DNA of 47,621 nt from an uncultured Candidatus Peribacteria bacterium (GTDB lineage Bacteria; Patescibacteriota; Gracilibacteria; UBA1369; LOWO2-01-FULL-3): contig CAYORB010000004.1 of assembly GCA_964406295.1 (NCBI GenBank), forward strand, positions 1 to 47,621, written 5' to 3'. The translations under genes were made by a program, and so were the position numbers. Within the stretch, counting starts at the first letter, position 1. Each line of letters opens with the position of its first letter. Of this stretch, positions 7,450-15,162 are shown piece after piece. The notes under the pieces were generated by a model. That model was not told the origin of the DNA. It saw only the letters and a list, made by a program, of their open reading frames with translations, and made no database searches.

Positions 7450-10400
7450 TTAATTATTAAACACAAAGGAATCTTTTGCTGGAGCCCTGTAGTAAATATA
7501 AACAGGATCTGGAGATCCATCTACTTCAACTACAAATTCATGATCTTGTGGTGGCACTAAATCCCCTTCCGCAGATCCACTCCCATCATAAATCACCAAA
7601 GGATTAATCCCATTACAAGCATATACCGGAAGCCTACCACCAAACCACCACCCACTACCATCCTCTCGTACAGCCCTTGGACTACAAACTCCACGCTCTC
7701 CACAAAGAATCGCACCACGAGCAATTTCACCAAGATCCTCTATAGTTAAACAAGCACCACAGGCTTGATCTTTTGGCGTACCGTCAGCACAAGTTTCAAC
7801 TTCCATGGTAAACATCCTCAGATAATTCAAATCATAAGTTTGCGCCCTTAATCTATCCGCAGAACTAGCCGGCAATTCTATTATTTCACCAGCTCCCGCC
7901 ATTAAATAATTTTTAGGATTATCACCACCATCCAAATCCGCACCACCAATAGTATTATCAGAGTAAATAGCACCTCTCACTAACAACTGATAATTCAAAG
8001 CCTGTGCCTTGGTAGGAGCATCTGGCCAAAGCGGCGAACCTTTATCACCAAAATCAAGTCCTTCCATATAAGGAAATAAACTTCCATCAAAAATCATTGT
8101 CGCATCTAAAACCATAGACTTTCCTCCAGTCAAATACCCATGTCCCGTTTTATAATAGTTCCTAAGGTTAGTAGAATCTCTCAATGCAACCAAGGTAATT
8201 CGTCTATCTAGCTCATCTTCACTATTGATTGAACTATTCATAAAAATATTCCCACCATCAACAACCACAACCCATCTATTTTCCACCTCACCAGAAGAAA
8301 GATCAATCACCACATCTTGTCCTTTGAAATACAGAACATTTTCATCACCCACCGTAAACTCTTTATACGAACCTAACGCACAAGTTGCGCTATCACGATT
8401 AAATCTACCCGCCTCAATTTCAGATAATTCTCTAACAACACAAACTTTATTTTTACCCGCTTTGTTTTTGCCTGCACTTGGAACTTCAGAACTAATATTC
8501 TTTTCTAAATTTCTCACAATAGTATCCCTTACCAAATCAATTGCCGGATTCCCTACCAGCTGAACTGAATTTTTACTACTAACATTACCAATATCCTGAC
8601 CATAAATATTACCATGAACCTCAATCGAAGGATTGCTTATCTCTCCAGGAGTTTTGGGTAATTTATTCGAATAATAAGAAACTGGTTTTCCAGCAGTCGG
8701 CCAATACTGAACCGTAGTAAACAAACTCGGCGCCTCAGCAAAGGGACAAGGAAAAGAAGCCTCTTCCCCCTCTTCCACTTCCACAACAGGCAAGGTAGCA
8801 ACAGCTTGTAATTCCAAATCCTTTCCAACAACATCTCTACCATGCAAAGATAAAACATGAGTTTCATCGTCCTCAAGTTTTTCCCTATTCATAGTCAAAA
8901 AATGAAAATTAAAATCAGACTGTTTACACCCTCTATTGTCTGCATCAGGTTCATAATACAAAGAATAATTAAACAAAGCCTGATTCACAATTTTTGTAGC
9001 TAAATTATGAGAGGCACTTGCTTTGGTTATAGCTGTAGAAGGTATTCCTCTATACGCATTAATTTTATCTTCCATAGCACCAACATAAAGAGTGTTAACA
9101 CTGATAGGAGGTTTAAATCTAAAATTAACACCGTCAATCTTACCATTCGGAACAACAGAACCAGCAGGCCGCTGAGTCCCCTCCCCATCATCATATGCCC
9201 CATATTCAATTCTCTTTAAAACCAAACGATTTTGTTCAACTGTTTCCGGAACACCAACACCATAAATAAAAGTTTCATTATTAAAAGGATATGAAGGACT
9301 TGTACTATGTGTAAAAGAAATGTTTTCTCCAGTGGTAGGCGCATAAGACGAAACAGGTTCCACAGAAACATAATGTCCGGGATCTTTAGGCATTTCTCTA
9401 AAATCATCAAAAGAAAGAGGTTTAAATTTAACTGCCCCTACAGCATCTGACTGAGTCCAAGGTCTATTCATATCACGAAGAGAATCTCCAACTCCATCAG
9501 CCCACCCATCAGTGCCATCATAACTTTGCATAGATTTTACCGTATCTTCCCAAACAAAAGTAATACCATCAAAATCATCTGGGTCAAGAGACTGTTCATC
9601 AGCATCTTTTAAATACAAATGTACATAATACCCATCCACCCCATCAGCATAACTCACATCGCCTCTTGCAGATGCTTCCAAAGTAAGATCTAAGGCTACA
9701 GCATCAGAATTATCACTACCTATTTCTAATCTATCTTGTCCATTCTGCCCTCCCCTTCTGTCGTCACTATTGCCACCACCTCTTCTATCCTGGTCTCCTC
9801 CACCATTACCACTACCGTCATCAATCTCCATACGGTCAACCCAAACTCCATCAATCCATTCTCCATCTCCCATACGATCAACCCATTCACCATCAACAAA
9901 ATCAAATTCAGGACCATCCACACCTAAACCTAAAGGTAAATCTTCAGGTGCAGGGTTAATTTCCACACAAAGAAAATCTTTATTTTTACACCACTTTCTA
10001 ACATCAGGCACAACCGCTTCACAGTCTGCGCCCTCACAAACCTCACAAGCAACACCTTCACAGGCCACGCAATCTTCTCCTACACAAACTTCACACATAG
10101 GCCCAACACAACCCAAACAATCTTTCCCCTCACAGACTTGGCAAAGAGGCCCTTCACAAGCAACACAGTCTTCCCCTTCACACAATTCACAAGCAGGCCC
10201 ATTACACATTGGCTCCTCTGGAAACAAAGGATCACCAAAAAACGAATCACCTTCAGCATAGTCATACATTTCTTCATCCTCATAAAGTTCAAGTCTAATA
10301 CCGCTAAAATCCATCCACATCCCCGTACTTGTCCAAGCATAGCCGCTAGTATAACCATCCGCATCAACCTTCACTTCATGTTCAGGAAAAACCCCATTAT

Positions 10401-10914
10401 CAAACTGAATCCAACCGAAAACAGAATTCCAAGCATAGCCTTTCAGCGCCCTATTCCCTTCAACATCCGGAGTAGTTAGCTTTACAGAATAATTAATCCT
10501 ACCACATCTGACACCTCCACCAACCACTCCAGAATTATTTCTACCACCTTCAGGATTGAAACCACCCTCACAAGAAAAAGAAATGAAGCCTAAGTTGTCA
10601 CTCCAAGCCCATCCTTTTAAAACATGATCATAGCCAGGTTTCCCAACAATATATTCAGTACAAGCAGCATTCCCCTTTTCGCTGGGAGCAAGCCCTCTAT
10701 CTAACCCTAAAATACTTAAATCAACTAAATCATCCGAAGTTAAACCTGAATTTTCATGTGCATCAAAAGAAATATCACCAATATTAGTGTTTCCACCAGA
10801 AATAACACCAGCAACATTACCTTTACATAGAAAATCACCTTGCGCAAAAACGGTAGATGACAAGGCCATAACTGAAAGAACGCTAATCCCTAAGGACAAA
10901 ATTATTTTTTTCAT
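7450..10914 (-). CDS. Giant secreted repeat protein (hypothetical)
   Basis: 1154 aa. Signal peptide MKKIILSLGISVLSVMALSSTVFA-QG, three Trp-rich repeats (GWAWSDNLGFISF, GYAWNSVFGWIQF, GYAWTSTGMWMDF), a cysteine ladder, a D/G/R low-complexity tract and a long C-terminal region with no recognisable motif. Confidence 0.85.
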   Translation of the reverse strand: MKKIILSLGISVLSVMALSSTVFAQGDFLCKGNVAGVISGGNTNIGDISFDAHENSGLTSDDLVDLSILGLDRGLAPSEKGNAACTEYIVGKPGYDHVLKGWAWSDNLGFISFSCEGGFNPEGGRNNSGVVGGGVRCGRINYSVKLTTPDVEGNRALKGYAWNSVFGWIQFDNGVFPEHEVKVDADGYTSGYAWTSTGMWMDFSGIRLELYEDEEMYDYAEGDSFFGDPLFPEEPMCNGPACELCEGEDCVACEGPLCQVCEGKDCLGCVGPMCEVCVGEDCVACEGVACEVCEGADCEAVVPDVRKWCKNKDFLCVEINPAPEDLPLGLGVDGPEFDFVDGEWVDRMGDGEWIDGVWVDRMEIDDGSGNGGGDQDRRGGGNSDDRRGGQNGQDRLEIGSDNSDAVALDLTLEASARGDVSYADGVDGYYVHLYLKDADEQSLDPDDFDGITFVWEDTVKSMQSYDGTDGWADGVGDSLRDMNRPWTQSDAVGAVKFKPLSFDDFREMPKDPGHYVSVEPVSSYAPTTGENISFTHSTSPSYPFNNETFIYGVGVPETVEQNRLVLKRIEYGAYDDGEGTQRPAGSVVPNGKIDGVNFRFKPPISVNTLYVGAMEDKINAYRGIPSTAITKASASHNLATKIVNQALFNYSLYYEPDADNRGCKQSDFNFHFLTMNREKLEDDETHVLSLHGRDVVGKDLELQAVATLPVVEVEEGEEASFPCPFAEAPSLFTTVQYWPTAGKPVSYYSNKLPKTPGEISNPSIEVHGNIYGQDIGNVSSKNSVQLVGNPAIDLVRDTIVRNLEKNISSEVPSAGKNKAGKNKVCVVRELSEIEAGRFNRDSATCALGSYKEFTVGDENVLYFKGQDVVIDLSSGEVENRWVVVVDGGNIFMNSSINSEDELDRRITLVALRDSTNLRNYYKTGHGYLTGGKSMVLDATMIFDGSLFPYMEGLDFGDKGSPLWPDAPTKAQALNYQLLVRGAIYSDNTIGGADLDGGDNPKNYLMAGAGEIIELPASSADRLRAQTYDLNYLRMFTMEVETCADGTPKDQACGACLTIEDLGEIARGAILCGERGVCSPRAVREDGSGWWFGGRLPVYACNGINPLVIYDGSGSAEGDLVPPQDHEFVVEVDGSPDPVYIYYRAPAKDSFVFNN
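10021..10206 (-). repeat. In-frame tandem (C-x2-C-x4) repeat, about 7.5 units of 8 aa, inside the giant protein
   Basis: Residues 237-298: CNGPACELCEGEDCVACEGPLCQVCEGKDCLGCVGPMCEVCVGEDCVACEGVACEVCEGADC. Confidence 0.9.
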
Positions 10915-10955
10915 GATTCAAATGAGGATTTATTTTTATTTTTTCTATTGCAGAA

Positions 10956-10984
10956 ATTATAGCATAAATCAACATCATCCGCAA
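10956..10984 (-). promoter_or_regulatory. Candidate promoter of the giant protein gene
   Basis: The minus strand reads TTGCGG-17 nt-TATAAT with an extended -10 TG (tgcTATAAT). The -35 lies in the last codons of topA. Confidence 0.4.
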
Positions 10985-13233
10985 TCTGTACAAACCACCT
11001 CTCCCTTCTTTTCAACCTTCAGTCCTTTGCATTTCTCACAAATACCTACAGGCTTGTCCCAGGTAGCAGTTTTACACTTAGGGAATTTATCACAACCCCA
11101 GAAAATCTTCCCTCCTTTGCGTGTACGTCTTTCAGCCAATTGTCCTGTTTCACATTTTGGACATTTAACCCCAGAATAAACAACAATTGATTCAATAGTT
11201 TTACATTCAGGATAATCCACACATCCCAAGAACGGACCAAATCTTCCAACTTTCACCTCCATTCCTTTTCCACATTTTCCACACTTTTTATCCTTATATT
11301 TTTCCTTTAATGCCAAAACTGCCTCGCTATCCTCAGCTTGCTCAGGTTTTTCCTGTCCAGGTAAAGGTTTAGCATTTTTACATTCAGGATAATTTGAACA
11401 AGATAAAAATTTACCAAATCTTCCTAATTTTATAACCATATCTTTCCCACATTTTTCACATTTCTCATCCGATTTTTCATTTACAATATCAGATTTTTTC
11501 AGCTCTTTATCTTTTTTCTCAATATTTTTATGAAAAGGTTTATAAAACTCTTTAATCATAGGCACCCAATTCACTTTCCCTTCTTCCACTTGATCAAGCT
11601 TATTTTCCATCTCGGCAGTAAACTGATAATCAACAATATCAGAAAAATGCGCCACCAAAAGATCAATCACAACACCTGCCACATCCGTAGGCTTCAAAAC
11701 CTTAGCTTCTTTCTCCACGTACCCCCTGGTAATAACCGTTCCGATTGTAGGAGCATAAGTACTCGGTCTACCAATCCCTTCATTTTCCAATTTCTTAACC
11801 AAAGACGCTTCAGTATATCGAGCTGGTGGTTTGGTAAAATGCTGATTATACTCCACCTTATCCTCTTTTACAGCCTCACCTTTCACCAAAACAGGCAAAA
11901 ACTTTTCTCCATGAGAAACCTGTTCATCATCGGCATCTTGCCCCTCCGTATACACCTTCATAAACCCTGCAAATTTCACTGTTTGTCCAGTCGCTCTAAA
12001 TTGATATTTCGTACCTTCAGCCTCAATGTTTACACCAACCTTATTCAAAATCGCCTCCTTCATTTGACAAGCCACAGCCCTTTTCCAAATCAGTTCATAC
12101 AATTTCATTTGATCTTTTGAAAGATATTTTTCAACATTCTTAGGCTTCAAATACATATCCACAGGACGAATAGCCTCATGAGCCTCTTGCGCCCCCTTTT
12201 TTCCTTTAAATCTTCTAGGTTTATCCAAAACAAATTCCTTACCATATTCCTTAGAAATTAAATCCTTTGCTGCCTTCAAAGCCACATCAGAAAGATTCAC
12301 AGAATCCGTTCTCATATAAGTAATCAACCCAGTTTCTCCTCCACCAATGTCTATACCTTCATAAAGCTGCTGAGCCACCATCATCGTTTTTTTCACAGAA
12401 AAATGCAGTTTTCTCGAAGCCTCTTGTTGCAATGTAGAAGTGATAAAAGGCGGAGCTGGATTTCTCTTAGCCTCTTTTTCTTCAACACTAACAACTTTAT
12501 ATTTTGCTTTATTTAAAGCTTTTTCAATCTTTTTCGCTTCCTTTTCATTCTTAATCTCCAGCTTTTTACCATCAAATTTTTGCAATTCAGCCTCAAAAGT
12601 ACGCTCCTCCTTCTTCAGTTTTTTATCATCTTTTTCAAAAGCCCCAACAACTTTCCAATATTCCTCAGGTTTAAACGCCTCTATTTCACGCTCTCTCTCA
12701 ACAACCAAACGCACCGCCACACTCTGTACACGCCCAGCAGAAAGCCCATAACGAACTTTTTTCCACAACAAAGGTGATAGTTCATAACCAACCAATCTAT
12801 CCAAAACTCTTCTCGCTTGCTGCGCTCCCACCACATTATCATCAATGGTTCTAGGCTCATCCAAAGCTTTCAATATCGCCCCTTTTGTAATTTCATGAAA
12901 AACAATTCTCTTTACAGGAGTTTTCTTTTCATCAACTTTCAAAGCTTGTAATAAATGCCAACCAATCGCCTCTCCTTCTCGATCTTCATCAGTTGCGATC
13001 CATAGGTTCTCAGCCTTTTTCAACTCGGATTTGAGCTGTGTTATTACTTTTTTCTTATCAGGTGAAACTGAATAAGTCGGTGTGAAATCTTTTTCCACTT
13101 CAATTCCCATTTTTGATTTAGGAAGATCTCTAACATGCCCCATTGAAGCCAACACTTTGTATTCTTTACCTAAAAAGCGCGAAATTGTTTTCGCTTTAGC
13201 CGGGGACTCTACTATTACCAAATTTTTTGCCAT
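10975..13233 (-). CDS. topA: DNA topoisomerase I
   Basis: Start at MAKNLVIVESPAKAKTI (ATG 13233). Toprim DEDREGE, the active-site region YMRTDS and four C-terminal C-x2-C...C-x2-C zinc ribbons. Confidence 0.93.
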   Translation of the reverse strand: MAKNLVIVESPAKAKTISRFLGKEYKVLASMGHVRDLPKSKMGIEVEKDFTPTYSVSPDKKKVITQLKSELKKAENLWIATDEDREGEAIGWHLLQALKVDEKKTPVKRIVFHEITKGAILKALDEPRTIDDNVVGAQQARRVLDRLVGYELSPLLWKKVRYGLSAGRVQSVAVRLVVEREREIEAFKPEEYWKVVGAFEKDDKKLKKEERTFEAELQKFDGKKLEIKNEKEAKKIEKALNKAKYKVVSVEEKEAKRNPAPPFITSTLQQEASRKLHFSVKKTMMVAQQLYEGIDIGGGETGLITYMRTDSVNLSDVALKAAKDLISKEYGKEFVLDKPRRFKGKKGAQEAHEAIRPVDMYLKPKNVEKYLSKDQMKLYELIWKRAVACQMKEAILNKVGVNIEAEGTKYQFRATGQTVKFAGFMKVYTEGQDADDEQVSHGEKFLPVLVKGEAVKEDKVEYNQHFTKPPARYTEASLVKKLENEGIGRPSTYAPTIGTVITRGYVEKEAKVLKPTDVAGVVIDLLVAHFSDIVDYQFTAEMENKLDQVEEGKVNWVPMIKEFYKPFHKNIEKKDKELKKSDIVNEKSDEKCEKCGKDMVIKLGRFGKFLSCSNYPECKNAKPLPGQEKPEQAEDSEAVLALKEKYKDKKCGKCGKGMEVKVGRFGPFLGCVDYPECKTIESIVVYSGVKCPKCETGQLAERRTRKGGKIFWGCDKFPKCKTATWDKPVGICEKCKGLKVEKKGEVVCTDCG

Positions 13234-13257
13234 AAAACTTATTAATTTTCGCTCCAC

Positions 13258-13287
13258 ATTGTTATTGATGTTGACAAATTCGTCAAC
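13258..13287 (-). promoter_or_regulatory. Candidate topA promoter whose -35 lies in an 18-bp near-palindrome
   Basis: The minus strand reads TTGACG-17 nt-AACAAT. The palindrome gttgacAAATTCgtcaac (13270-13287) overlaps the -35. Confidence 0.3.
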
Positions 13288-13428
13288 AGAATGTGTGAAA
13301 AAGGGCTTGTACAGCGCAAAACATCTCCCTCAAAGGCGCAAGTTTATTTTTTCTGGCTTTCTCAAGGGCTTTCCCCGGATTTAAAGAGAATGTTTCTTCA
13401 AATTTTGGCTACAAACAAGGCTTTTTAC

Positions 13429-13456
13429 TTGCTTTGAGAGAAAGGATCCATATAAT
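13429..13456 (+). promoter_or_regulatory. Sigma70-like promoter of hup
   Basis: TTGCTT-16 nt-TATAAT, 31 nt upstream of the hup ATG. Confidence 0.5.
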
Positions 13457-13486
13457 GCCAATGATTTAATTTCTAACCCAAAGCAT

Positions 13487-13762
13487 ATGACTAAGGGAGA
13501 TTTAGTAGCTGGTGCAGCACAATCAGCTGGTGTAACAAAAAAAGCTGCAGCAGAAGTTCTAGATTCAATTCTAGCAATGATCACAAAGAGCCTTAAAAAA
13601 GGTGAATCTGTAACAATTACAGGTTTTGGAACATTCCGTGTTTCAAAAAGAGCTGCTAGAACTGGTGTAAATCCAAGAAATCCTAGCGAAAAGATCAAGA
13701 TTCCAGCAATGACACTTCCAGCTTTCAAAGCAGGAAAGTCTCTAAAAGATGCTGTTAGATAA
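13487..13762 (+). CDS. hup: HU/IHF-family DNA-binding protein
   Basis: 91 aa. GFGTFRVSKRAARTGVNPRNPSEKIKIPA (the beta-arm with the conserved RNP) is canonical HU. Confidence 0.93.
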   Translation: MTKGDLVAGAAQSAGVTKKAAAEVLDSILAMITKSLKKGESVTITGFGTFRVSKRAARTGVNPRNPSEKIKIPAMTLPAFKAGKSLKDAVR

Positions 13763-13809
13763 TAGAAAAACTGTTTAAACAGTTTTTCAAGTGTTCGTAT
13801 AGGAACACC

Positions 13810-13847
13810 AAAAGCCCCCAACTTTTTGTCTGGGGGCTTTTAATTTT
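13810..13847 (+). terminator. Rho-independent terminator of hup
   Basis: An 11-bp stem (aaaagccccca / tgggggctttt) followed by a T-rich run. Confidence 0.8.
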
Positions 13848-13880
13848 AAAAAATCAATCTATAAAAATAATCATATTACA

Positions 13881-14062
13881 ATTTCTATTTAACTAATTAA
13901 TTTTCAACTAAGCATGTTTGAGGGAACAATCGGCTTGGTCAAAAACAAAGTTTTTGCGATTTTTCCGAAACCAAGGCAAGCTTTTCGCTGGAAAAAGCGT
14001 TAAGCCGATGCTTGGTTGAAAATTAATTAGTTAAATAGATAGAAATTAAACGATTTCTATCT
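13881..14062 (+). repeat. Nested inverted-repeat element (structured RNA or MITE-like)
   Basis: Nt 13884-13915 pair with 14008-14039 over 32 bp. Of these, 25 bp are perfect and one pair is a U-G allowed only on the + strand. An inner helix (13931-13936 with 14002-14007) and two internal hairpins (caaaaac-aaa-gtttttg; gcttttc-gctg-gaaaagc) follow. A further hairpin, atagaaat-taaacg-atttctat, lies at 14039-14061. Confidence 0.75.
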
Positions 14063-14104
14063 CAACATTGCTCTAAGACAAGAATTCATATAAATTATGC
14101 CACG

Positions 14105-15145
14105 ATGAAAGAAGCATTAGAAAAATTACAAAAAGAATCAAGTTCAATAATTCTCAACGCAAAAACCGTAGAAGAGCTTAAGAATCTAGAGGTTCAATAT
14201 CTCGGACGAAAAGGTGAATTAACAAAAATACTCAAAGGTATTAAAGATCTTTCAATAGAAGAAAAAAAAGTTATAGGAAAACTGTCTAATGAAATAAAAA
14301 ACAAGCTTCAGTCCGATTTAGAAAAAAAACAACAAGAATTAGAAACCGAGGAATTATCAAAAAGCTTAAAAGAAACTTTTTTCGACACCACTATTCCAGG
14401 AAAAACCAGAAAAGTAGGACATGTTCATCCATTATCACAAGTGCAAGAAGAATTGGAAAAAATCTTCAATCAACTTGGATTTATGATAGCTGATGGCCCA
14501 GAAATTGAATCCGAATATTATAATTTTGAAGGATTAAACATCCCTGCAGATCATCCAGCTAGGGACATGCAAGATACATTTTTCATTCAAGATAAAGACG
14601 ATCCAAAACATGGCAGGATGGTTCTTAGAACTCATACCTCTCCCGTACAAGTACGTTCAATGGAAAAATATGGTGCACCACTTCGATTAATAGTACCAGG
14701 ACGAGTATTTCGCTATGAAGCAACCGATGCTAGCCATGACACTACTTTTTATCAAGTAGAAGGGCTTTTAATAGACAAAGGCGTTTCACTTAGCCACCTC
14801 AAAGGAATTATGGCTGAATTTTTAACACGCCTATTTGATAAACCTGTAAAAGTCCGATTCCGACCTGGATATTTCCCTTTCGTGGAACCAGGGTTAGAAC
14901 TAGATTTTTCATGTCTTCTCTGCAAAGGAAATGGTTGTAAAACCTGCAAACACACTGGATGGATAGAGTTCATGGGCGCTGGAATGGTACACAAAAATGT
15001 TCTAAAAGCCGGAGGCATTGATAGCGAAGAATATCAAGGCTGGGCTTTTGGCTTTGGTTTAACCCGTTTGGTTATGATGAGATATGGTATTGATGACATT
15101 CGATTGCTCACAAACGGAGACCTTAGATTCACGAAACAATTTTAA
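14105..15145 (+). CDS. pheS: Phenylalanine--tRNA ligase alpha subunit
   Basis: 346 aa with class II aaRS motifs (HPARDMQDTF, LRTHTSPVQ, GFGLTRL). Confidence 0.95.
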   Translation: MKEALEKLQKESSSIILNAKTVEELKNLEVQYLGRKGELTKILKGIKDLSIEEKKVIGKLSNEIKNKLQSDLEKKQQELETEELSKSLKETFFDTTIPGKTRKVGHVHPLSQVQEELEKIFNQLGFMIADGPEIESEYYNFEGLNIPADHPARDMQDTFFIQDKDDPKHGRMVLRTHTSPVQVRSMEKYGAPLRLIVPGRVFRYEATDASHDTTFYQVEGLLIDKGVSLSHLKGIMAEFLTRLFDKPVKVRFRPGYFPFVEPGLELDFSCLLCKGNGCKTCKHTGWIEFMGAGMVHKNVLKAGGIDSEEYQGWAFGFGLTRLVMMRYGIDDIRLLTNGDLRFTKQF

Positions 15146-15162
15146 AAAACTAAGACCACAAA

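Noticed and set aside
7450-7800. The C-terminus of the 1154-aa protein considered as a DGR variable region (it contains GSGWWFGGRL)
   Set aside because: It lacks the C-type-lectin VR pattern (N-rich variable codons ending in a GFR-type motif), and I could not see a matching template sequence near the RT.
9770-10261. A 163-aa Pro/Ser/Thr/Gln-rich + strand ORF
   Set aside because: It is antisense to the cysteine-ladder and low-complexity repeats of the giant protein. The open frame is a by-product of the repeat composition.
11530-12751. + strand ORFs of 196, 103 and 65 aa within topA
   Set aside because: They are antisense to a complete, motif-rich topoisomerase I gene and translate to low-complexity sequence.
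13381-13821. A 146-aa minus-strand ORF across hup
   Set aside because: It is antisense to a canonical HU gene and runs through the hup promoter and terminator.
13881-14104. A T-box riboswitch upstream of pheS
   Set aside because: I can find no T-box consensus (AAUUAGGGUGGUACCGCG-like) and no specifier-loop architecture. The 25-bp perfect AT-rich stem is unlike T-box leaders. The region is kept as an unexplained structured element instead.
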